Positions 10,364 through 18,400 of a DNA stretch of 64,000 nucleotides are shown one piece after another (the first letter of the stretch is position 1; each line of letters begins with the position of its first letter). Source of the stretch: Bacteroidales bacterium. GTDB taxonomy: Bacteria; Bacteroidota; Bacteroidia; Bacteroidales; UBA932. Position numbers and translations under genes: made by a program. The notes under the pieces are model-generated. The model had not been told where the DNA came from. It made no database searches and saw only the letters and a program-made list of their open reading frames with translations. Where the stretch lies: positions 610 through 64,609 of the forward strand of contig JAFZVU010000087.1 of the NCBI GenBank assembly GCA_017617655.1. Direction: 5' to 3'.

Positions 10364-10447
10364 GCGGTTATGGGTCCAAAAACTTGCAGTATAACCTCAA
10401 ATAGGGTCAATTTTGCGTTTATGGGTCCAAAGTTTTACAGTATAACC
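10364..10447 (+). repeat. Degenerate 51-nt tandem duplication, each unit containing a ggttat-N-ataacc palindrome and an ATG
   Basis: gcggttatgggtccaaaaacttgcagtataacc at 10364-10396 matches gcgtttatgggtccaaagttttacagtataacc at 10415-10447. Confidence 0.65.
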
Positions 10448-10870
10448 GCATTGAGCTGGTCAATCGGGGTGTCCGAAGAATGCCCCGAAGGCCTTGTTTA
10501 TCCTGCTATTGGACAGATAGACCTGATATGGGGAGAGCCCGGAACACAGAAGAGTGACGGATATGGCCTTTCAAAAATAATACAATACCATCCTGAAGTA
10601 CTTGAAGATCTGCAAGGAATCATCAATGGAATGACAGTAATAGAGCCATCTTCTGATAATAGAATAAATCTTGAAAGCGATTGTTATAAAGCATCTGTAA
10701 GATTGACTTGGGACAATGTTCCAAAAAAATGGCTATTAACCGCTTATAAAAAGAAAAACAGTGTCCCCGACAATACGACAGACACTGGCGAGACCCTTGC
10801 GGGCGAGCGGAATGGCACAGCTACTCCGCAGAACACTGTTTCTGAGTTCCAAGGTATAAATAAATACTGA
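10370..10870 (+). CDS. Orphan low-GC hypothetical protein; possible stand-alone polyvalent-protein-type (PBECR/barnase-EndoU-like) nuclease domain or a gene remnant
   Basis: 166-aa ORF with an alternative ATG at 10421. By my count GC falls to about one third over 10560-10740, against about 55% in the flanks. The segment IDLIWGEPGTQKSDGYGLSKIIQYHPEV...KWLLTAYKKK resembles from memory domains in conjugative-element or phage polyvalent proteins. Confidence 0.4.
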   Translation: MGPKTCSITSNRVNFAFMGPKFYSITALSWSIGVSEECPEGLVYPAIGQIDLIWGEPGTQKSDGYGLSKIIQYHPEVLEDLQGIINGMTVIEPSSDNRINLESDCYKASVRLTWDNVPKKWLLTAYKKKNSVPDNTTDTGETLAGERNGTATPQNTVSEFQGINKY

Positions 10871-10883
10871 AAGAAAAAACAAA

Positions 10884-12197
10884 CTACGTCAGCGAGAGTC
10901 CTTCGAAGCTGAGGGTGGGGAGCTGCATGGAGAAGAGGGTCAGGGGGTCGTCGCCGACGGCGGCGAGACGGTTCCACAGGTCGAGGTAGTTGCCGGTGAC
11001 GTTCATCTCGTGGATGGGGAACTGCTTGCGGCCGTGCTCGAACCAGAAACCTTCGATGCCGTATGAGAAATCGCCCGTGATGGGATTGTGGTTGCCGCCG
11101 TTGAAGCCGGTGATCAGAACGCCCCTGTCGAGAGCCGCCATCTGAGCGTCCAGACCGCCCGCGTCCGGAACCATCTCCACAACTGAGACAGAATCCACAG
11201 TCGGGGCCATGCCCAGCTTGTCGGCATAGTAGCTGTTCAGGAAGTACATGCTCACGACACCCTCATCTATCACATTACAACGCCTAGTCGCAAGACCCTC
11301 TCCGTCATAGAAACGGGCCCCGAAGGCCGAAGGCTTGTGAGGATTGTCGACGATGGTCAGGCGCGAAGGGAACAGTTTCTTTCCCAGAGAATCCAGCAGA
11401 AACGAATTGTTCTGCTGAAGGGAAGCCCCGGAGAGCGCACCCAGAAGCGGAGACACGAACTTCGCCACGGAACCGTTCTCCACGACTACATCGTAGCGCC
11501 CTGCATCGATGCGCCGCGCTCCAAGACTGTCCAGCCCGCGACGGTATGCAACATCGGCACAACGCAAAGCATCCAGCTTAGAGAAAAAAACATTGGCGTC
11601 CGGCCACCAGCTCTGAGGCCTGCTGCCGTCCTTGTCGATGAAAGAACAGCCAGCCGAAAGCGTATAGAAAGATGCATCCCTCGTCTGGCAGAAGCCGGCG
11701 GTATCGGCCAGCACCTCATGCTCGAACGAACTGCCAAACTCAGTCTCGCAGGACTGCAGAGGCCCCCCGTCGATGTGGGAACAGAGACTCTCCGCCATCG
11801 CAAGAGCCAGAGCCTTACCCTGCTCTGCACTTACGCTTTCAGCCGCAGGGTCCAGGAGCTTGAGGTCGCCTCCCCCACCCTTGTAGCACAACTCTGCAGG
11901 TGCAAGATGCCGGCAAGGATCCTGCTCCAGCAACCTGGTCAGCCTCACTGCGTTGGAGATAAACTCCCGCAGCCCGGCCTCGTCCAGCATGTTGGTAGAG
12001 AAAGTACCGTAGCGGCCGTCCACGAACAGCTGCAGGAACACCGAGCAGTCGCTGGCGTTGTGGATCTTGTCCAAGTCGCAGTTGAATAGCGACACCGACG
12101 TCTGGTCGCTCACAGTATGGATTACCCGCGCGTCGCTGGCCCCTGCCTCCAGGCAGATGTCCAGAACCTTCTGTACCTGATTTGCTTGCATAAACAC
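10884..12197 (-). CDS. pmbA: TldD/PmbA family protein PmbA (TldE)
   Basis: 437-aa PmbA-like sequence lacking the HExxxH motif, with GDFSYGIEGFWFEHGK near the C-terminus. Confidence 0.82.
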   Translation of the reverse strand: MFMQANQVQKVLDICLEAGASDARVIHTVSDQTSVSLFNCDLDKIHNASDCSVFLQLFVDGRYGTFSTNMLDEAGLREFISNAVRLTRLLEQDPCRHLAPAELCYKGGGGDLKLLDPAAESVSAEQGKALALAMAESLCSHIDGGPLQSCETEFGSSFEHEVLADTAGFCQTRDASFYTLSAGCSFIDKDGSRPQSWWPDANVFFSKLDALRCADVAYRRGLDSLGARRIDAGRYDVVVENGSVAKFVSPLLGALSGASLQQNNSFLLDSLGKKLFPSRLTIVDNPHKPSAFGARFYDGEGLATRRCNVIDEGVVSMYFLNSYYADKLGMAPTVDSVSVVEMVPDAGGLDAQMAALDRGVLITGFNGGNHNPITGDFSYGIEGFWFEHGRKQFPIHEMNVTGNYLDLWNRLAAVGDDPLTLFSMQLPTLSFEGLSLT

Positions 12198-12204
12198 AAA
12201 GTTA

Positions 12205-12212
12205 TATATTTG
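12205..12212 (+). promoter_or_regulatory. Bacteroidota -7 promoter box (TATATTTG) for slyD
   Basis: TAnnTTTG 36 nt upstream of the ATG at 12249. Confidence 0.45.
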
Positions 12213-12248
12213 CCGGACATTAACCCAGACAAATCAAACCATACCATA

Positions 12249-12800
12249 ATGAAAATCGACAACAACAAAGTAGTCCACCTCACCTATCAGCTCAAAGTGG
12301 ACGGCCAGATAGCTGACACAGCAACCGCAGACAAGCCCCTTCAGTTCATATTCGGCCAGGGCTATCTGCTGCCCAAGTTCGAAGAGAACATAGCCGGCAA
12401 GGAAGTCGGAGACGAGTTCGAATTCATGCTGACAGCCGAGCAGGGCTACGGACTGGTGAACCCCGCTGCAATAATCGACCTTCCCAAAAGCGCATTCGAG
12501 ATAGACGGCGTATTCCAGGCAGATTACGTGCAGCCCGGCAGGTCCATCCCCATGATGAGCGCCCAGGGCGGAGTAGTCCACGGCACCGTGCTCTCAGTAG
12601 ACAAAGACACCGTCAAGATGGACTTCAACCACCCCATGGCAGGCAAAGACCTGCACTTCACCGGCAAGGTGGAACTGGTGCGCGACGCCACTGAAGACGA
12701 ACTCAAGGACGGCCTCTTCGGAGAGCGCAAGAGCAAATGCTCAGGCAGCTGCAGCTCATGCGGCAGCGACTGCAACAAAGAAGACTGCGACTGTCAGTAA
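12249..12800 (+). CDS. slyD: FKBP-type peptidyl-prolyl cis-trans isomerase SlyD with cysteine-rich tail
   Basis: MKIDNNKVVHLTYQLKVDG...FIFGQGYLLPKFEENIAGKEVGDEFEF is SlyD-like. The tail is KCSGSCSSCGSDCNKEDCDCQ. Start moved from the track ORF to the ATG at 12249. Confidence 0.85.
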   Translation: MKIDNNKVVHLTYQLKVDGQIADTATADKPLQFIFGQGYLLPKFEENIAGKEVGDEFEFMLTAEQGYGLVNPAAIIDLPKSAFEIDGVFQADYVQPGRSIPMMSAQGGVVHGTVLSVDKDTVKMDFNHPMAGKDLHFTGKVELVRDATEDELKDGLFGERKSKCSGSCSSCGSDCNKEDCDCQ

Positions 12801-12801
12801 G

Positions 12802-14343
12802 CTATTTAGAAGCGATAGCGTTGGCCACCGCAATCCCGTCGAGGGCGCTGGATACTATGCCACCCGCATAGCCGGCGCCCTCGCCGCACGGGTAGAGGCC
12901 GTCAAGACTGATGTGGCAAAGAGTATTTTCGTCGCGCGGGATGCGAACAGGAGAAGAAGTGCGCGACTCTACGCCGAGCACAATAGCCTCCTGAGTGTAG
13001 AAGCCGTGCATCTTGCGGTCGAAGATGGGGAAAGCCTTGCGCAGCCTTGAAGCCACGAAAGAAGGCAGCAGCTCCGCCAGCATCGCAGAATCGACACCCG
13101 GAGCGTATGAACATGCTGGCAGCGAGGCCGACAGCTTGCCGCGGCAGAAATCTGTCATGCGCTGAGCCGGGGCACGGAAACTAGAAGAATTGGCGAACAT
13201 CCGCTGCTCCACCGACTTCTGAAACTCCAGCAGCGCCAGCGGACCGTATTTTTCAAAACCAGAAACATCCTCAGGCTCCACGGAACAAACGATACCCGCA
13301 TTGGCCTTCTTGCCGGAACGCGTCGAAGGCGACATTCCGTTCAGAACCACGGCGTCACCCTCTGTCGTAGAGGGCACCAGCACTCCGCCGGGGCACATGC
13401 AGAACGAGAACACGCCGCGCCCGTCCACCTGCTCCACCAGAGAGTATTCGGCATGAGGATAGCCCGGCTGCCAGCGGCGGTGATACTGGATCTCGTCGAT
13501 AAGATGCTGCGGGTGTTCCACCCTCACTCCGAGAGCGAAACCCTTGGCCTGGAGCGCCCAGCCCTTGGAGGCGAACAACTCATATATGTCGCGGGCCGAA
13601 TGGCCTGTAGCAAGAATCACATTTGCGGCGCTGTAGCAGCATCCATCCGCGCAGAGCACCTTCCACAAGCCGGACCGGGAAGCGGGCGGCACGAGGTCCA
13701 CGACCTTCGAGCCAAAATGATACTCTCCGCCATGCTCAACTATGCAGTTGCGGATGGCCTCCATCACCCTGGGCAGCACGTCGCTGCCAATGTGCGGGTG
13801 AGCGTCGGTCAGGATAGCTTCCTGAGCCCCGAAAGCCACCAGCTGGCGCAGCACCTCCTGGATGTCTCCCCTCTTGGAAGACCTGGTGTAGAGCTTGCCG
13901 TCCGAGAAAGTACCTGCACCTCCTTCGCCGAAGCAGTAGTTGGAATCCGGATTGACGACCCCTTCGCGGACTATAGCAGAAATGTCCACCTTGCGGGAAT
14001 GCACATCCTTACCCCTCTCGAGTATTACAGGCTTGAAACCTTTCTCCAGCAGCTTCAGGGAAGCAAAGGTGCCGGCAGGACCGCCGCCGATCACAATCAC
14101 CTCGGGAGCGGAACGGACATCCTTATAGTCGAAGACATATTCGCGGGCAGGCTCGTCACCCTCGAGATAAGCACGCAACCTGTAGCGGTAGACCGGACGG
14201 CTTCGGGCATCGAGGGAGCGGCGCACTACGACGCACTCACGGACCCTTGACACAGGAGCCCCGCAAGCCACCGCAGCAGCCTTGAACAACTCCTCCCGGG
14301 AAGGGTCGTGAAGGATATCGAACGTCTGCTCGAACTCTTTCAT
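12802..14343 (-). CDS. NAD(P)/FAD-dependent oxidoreductase (COG2509-type)
   Basis: 513 aa with the dinucleotide-binding motif VIVIGGGPAGTFASLKLLEKG. Confidence 0.75.
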   Translation of the reverse strand: MKEFEQTFDILHDPSREELFKAAAVACGAPVSRVRECVVVRRSLDARSRPVYRYRLRAYLEGDEPAREYVFDYKDVRSAPEVIVIGGGPAGTFASLKLLEKGFKPVILERGKDVHSRKVDISAIVREGVVNPDSNYCFGEGGAGTFSDGKLYTRSSKRGDIQEVLRQLVAFGAQEAILTDAHPHIGSDVLPRVMEAIRNCIVEHGGEYHFGSKVVDLVPPASRSGLWKVLCADGCCYSAANVILATGHSARDIYELFASKGWALQAKGFALGVRVEHPQHLIDEIQYHRRWQPGYPHAEYSLVEQVDGRGVFSFCMCPGGVLVPSTTEGDAVVLNGMSPSTRSGKKANAGIVCSVEPEDVSGFEKYGPLALLEFQKSVEQRMFANSSSFRAPAQRMTDFCRGKLSASLPACSYAPGVDSAMLAELLPSFVASRLRKAFPIFDRKMHGFYTQEAIVLGVESRTSSPVRIPRDENTLCHISLDGLYPCGEGAGYAGGIVSSALDGIAVANAIASK

Positions 14344-14344
14344 A

Positions 14345-15382
14345 TTATTTCATATTGAGATCCGCAGCGCGTGAAACGGGAGCTACATCGAGCGGAGTGA
14401 AAAGTCCTTTCTGATATTTGAAATGGCCCACGACCGCAATCATCGCGGCATTGTCGGTGGTGAAACGCAGCTCCGGCAGGAAAGTAGTCCAGCCCCTGCG
14501 CCTTCCCTCCTCCTCTATGCGGCCGCGCAGCCCGCTGTTGGCCGAAACACCGCCTCCAATGACCACCTGCTTTATGGAAGTCTGCTTGACTGCGAGCAGC
14601 AGCTTCTTCATCAGGATATCTATGAGATCCTTCTGGAAGCTTGCGCACAGGTCAGCCTTGTTCTTCTCGATGAAATCAGGGTCTTTGGCAATCTCGTCGC
14701 GCAGGAAATAGAGCAGCGAAGTCTTGATGCCGGAAAAGCTGTAGTCCAGCCCCGGGACATTGGGCTTGGCAAAGCGGAAACGGGACGCATCGCCTTCCTT
14801 GGCCAGACGGTCGATAACAGGACCGCCGGGATATCCCAGGCCGAGCAGCTTGGCGCATTTGTCGAAGGCCTCCCCCACTGCATCGTCTATGGTGCGGCCG
14901 AGAACCTCGAAATCGAGATAATCATTGACTTTGACAATCTGCGTATGGCCGCCTGACACCAGCAGAGCCAGGAACGGGAATGAAGGCTCCCTGTGGGGCT
15001 TGCCTTCTTCAATGACGAAATGGGAAAGGATGTGGCCCTGCAGATGGTTGACCTCGATGAGCGGCTTGCCGGCAGACAGCGCCAGCCCTTTGGCGAACGA
15101 CACGCCGACCAGCAGCGAGCCGAGCAGCCCGGGGCCGCGGGTGAACGCTATGGCGTCCACATCGTCCATCGTCACGCCGGCCTGCTTCAGAGCCTGGTCG
15201 ACCACCGGCACGATGTTCTGCTGATGGGCCCTTGATGCCAGCTCGGGGACCACTCCCCCATACTGCTCATGGACTTTCTGGGAGGCCATGACGTTGGAAA
15301 GAAGGCAGCGGTCGGCAAGCACGGCGGCAGATGTGTCGTCGCAAGATGACTCTATACCGAGAATAATAGTCCTTTTTCCCAT
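14345..15382 (-). CDS. tsaD: tRNA N6-adenosine threonylcarbamoyltransferase
   Basis: ILGIESSCDDTSAAV and HLQGH motifs; 345 aa. Confidence 0.92.
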   Translation of the reverse strand: MGKRTIILGIESSCDDTSAAVLADRCLLSNVMASQKVHEQYGGVVPELASRAHQQNIVPVVDQALKQAGVTMDDVDAIAFTRGPGLLGSLLVGVSFAKGLALSAGKPLIEVNHLQGHILSHFVIEEGKPHREPSFPFLALLVSGGHTQIVKVNDYLDFEVLGRTIDDAVGEAFDKCAKLLGLGYPGGPVIDRLAKEGDASRFRFAKPNVPGLDYSFSGIKTSLLYFLRDEIAKDPDFIEKNKADLCASFQKDLIDILMKKLLLAVKQTSIKQVVIGGGVSANSGLRGRIEEEGRRRGWTTFLPELRFTTDNAAMIAVVGHFKYQKGLFTPLDVAPVSRAADLNMK

Positions 15383-15402
15383 CAGTTTAAGCCTCTGGGC
15401 TG

Positions 15403-15410
15403 CAAAGGTA
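15403..15410 (-). promoter_or_regulatory. Bacteroidota -7 promoter box (TACCTTTG) for tsaD
   Basis: TAnnTTTG on the minus strand, 20 nt upstream of the ATG. Confidence 0.45.
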
Positions 15411-15424
15411 TCAAATTAAAACCT

Positions 15425-15432
15425 TATCTTTG
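15425..15432 (+). promoter_or_regulatory. Bacteroidota -7 promoter box (TATCTTTG) for tamB
   Basis: TAnnTTTG 8 nt upstream of the ATG at 15441. Confidence 0.4.
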
Positions 15433-15440
15433 TTAGATTG

Positions 15441-18400
15441 ATGAAACTATTGCGCAAAATATTGCTCGGACTCCTGTGCCTGCTGGCCATAGCGCCGGTG
15501 GTGGCAGTAGTCGCTTTGCAGCTTCCCGGCGTGCAGAAGCGCATCTGCAACGCCGTTGCCGACAATATCTCATCTGACCTCAACGGCAGCCTCAGCATAG
15601 GCGATGTGTATTACGCCTTGTTCGACAGAGTGATAATCAAGGACGCACTCCTCAAAGACGAAGCCCAGGACACCGTCGCCTACCTCGGCAAGCTGTCTCT
15701 CAATGTAAAGCTGCTCAAGGCCATCACTGGCCGTGTCTCAGTCAGCAAGGTCGAGCTGAGCGACGCCCTGCTGAACCTCCAGGCCGGGCCGGATGGCAAG
15801 CTCAACCTCGTCAAGATATTCCCGGAGAAGGAAAAAGTCCGCGACACTACTTCAAAGGGCATACTGGCCTTCTTCGACAATATACTGGTGGATGTCCGCT
15901 CCATCAAGGTCAACGACATGGACATCAATTTCACCGGCAAGGAACCCACTACTTACCACCGCAACAAGAAAGGCAGGCTCATGACTCCGGGAGAGCACAC
16001 TATCGACTGGAACGACATGCACATGAGGGACCTTGACATCGACATATCCGACATTAGATACAACCTGCGCAAACAGTCTGTCTCGTTGAAAGTAAACGGC
16101 ATCTCTGTAGAGGAAAGCCGCGGCTTCAAGCTCGACGAACTCCGTTTCAAGGCAGCTCTGGACGCGGCCGGCATCCATATAGAAGATTTCAGGTACGCCG
16201 ACAATTATTCCGACCTGAAACTCCCCTACGCCAACGCCCTCTTCGAGCAGTTCAGCGATTTCTCAGACTTCCTGCACAAGGTGTCCCTGGACTGCAGCCT
16301 CGAAGATTCAAAAGTCTGCCTGTCCTCTCTCGGCCTATTCCTACCTGGTCTGGACCATCTCACCCTGCCTCTTACGGCAAGCGGAAAGGTTAAGGGTCCG
16401 GTGGCCAACATGAAACTTTCGTCTTTCACAGTGGACGGCCCGGGTCTCTCCCACGTCGAACTGTCCGGCCAGCTCAACGGCCTTCCTCTGTCGGAGCAGA
16501 CCATCATGTCGGCCAACATCTCGAACTGCTATTTCACCACAGCCGGCATTGAGGGCATAGCATCAAGTCTGTCATACAAACCGTTCAAGAGAGGCACCAT
16601 AAGAAAGTTCGCCCCGGGCACGAAATTCAATTTCACCGGATTCATGGACGGCTTCTTCACCGACTTCGTGGCGTACGGAGGACTGTCTTCCAACATAGGC
16701 AAGGTAGACGTCGACCTTCTGTGCCAGGCCTACCTTCCGGAAGGCTTCTCGATGGACGGATTCTTGGATGCAAGCAACTTCGACCTCGGCAAGTTCCTGC
16801 AGAACGACAAGCTCGGGGAGCTTTCATGCAACGCCACCCTGAGCGGGTATACTTCGTCCGACAAGAGCAAGACCTACATGAGCATGGACTCCATCTATGT
16901 GTCCAAGTTCAATTTCAACGATTACGACTACAAAGGCATAACAGCTTCCGGCTGGGTAGACTACAACGGCATCTCCGTCAAAGCCGTGGACGACGACCCC
17001 AACCTGGATTTCGCCCTTACGGCGAACATTCTGAACGCAGGGGACGGCGAAAGGACATACGACGTCGACCTCGACCTCAAGCAGGCCAACCTGGCGGCCC
17101 TCCACCTCGACAAGCAGGAGGTGTCCCTGATAGGCATGAAACTCAATGGAAAGGTGACCCAGACGGGCAAGGACAGTTTCGTCGGAGACATTTTCATCAA
17201 CGACATGGGCTGTACCAACGCCACCGGCCTGCACTACCTGGGCGACATACAGATAGACGCCAGCCTGCTGCCGTCCGACCAGAACCTTACCTTCAGGTCT
17301 TCTTTCCTGAACGGAACGATGACCGGCACCACCTCCGTCTCCGACCTTGTGAACGACGCCAAATACGCCCTGCTGAACGGAAAGCTGGACAATCTTCTCC
17401 GAGGCCAGACCAGCCCCCTGAAATATTCCGGAGGCGATTTCAATGTCAATTTCAAGGTCAGTGACATAAGGCAGCTCCTCGCCTTCGTAATGCCAGACAT
17501 GCATATAGAGAACGGCACGGAGCTGAGCTTCAGCACCGACGGCAGCGGAAGCCCGGCCCTTTCGCTTACTTCCGAGCTGCTATCATACAAAGACATATAT
17601 GCCCGCAATGTCATGGTATTCTACAACGGCGACGATTCCAGTTCCGTTGCGGCCATAGATGCCGACCTGGTGCGCATAGGTTCGCTTGTTGCAGTGAACA
17701 ACCATCTCGGCGCCGACATAAAGGGCAACCAGGTGAAGCTTGACCTCGTCTACAATAATGACAGCGAAAACGAGGCTGACAGGGGCAACATCAAGGCCAC
17801 TGTGGCTTTCCCCGACTCTTCCGCAGCCTACGACGTCCTGATAGCCATGGACAACTCTACTGTCATGGCCGACGGGAAAGAGTGGAAGATCCGGCCGTCT
17901 TCTGTTTTCTTCAACAAGAAGCGCATCGCTGTCAGGGACTTCCTTATGGAAGGTGAAGACCAGTTCATGAGGGTCGACGGCATCATCTCCGACAACCCTG
18001 AAGAGGCATGCACAGTGGAACTCAACAACTTCGACATGTCGCTGGCCAACCTGTTCCTGAAGGAACCCCTTTCTCTCGACGGACGCCTGACCGGAAACGC
18101 CACGGCAAAGTCCCTGCTCGGAGACTATGAGCTGACGGCCGACCTCGCTGCTGATTCCGTATTGCTGTCCGGCAATCTGGTGGGAGACCTCGCAGTCAAT
18201 GCCACTTGGGAAGAGCAGGCAGAGAAGATCGGATTTTCCATCGTGAACATGCTGGCCGACAAGAAGGTGATAGACATCGCCGGCGACATGAACACCAAAG
18301 ACAAGACGATGGCAGCGACGGCTACCATCGACAGTCTGCGTGCGGTAATCCTCACTCCTTTCCTTTCCAGCATAATGTCAGACCTCGGGGGCAGCATCTC

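Noticed and set aside
10073-10447. Regularly spaced short repeats considered as a degenerate CRISPR array.
   Set aside because: The 10-nt units alternate in inverted orientation and form hairpins. There are only two units of each kind, the repeats are far shorter than CRISPR repeats, and no cas genes or leader are present.
14340-14648. 102-aa minus-strand ORF bridging tsaD and the FAD oxidoreductase gene.
   Set aside because: It is out of frame within the tsaD 3' region, Arg/Gly/Ala-rich, and has no independent start context.
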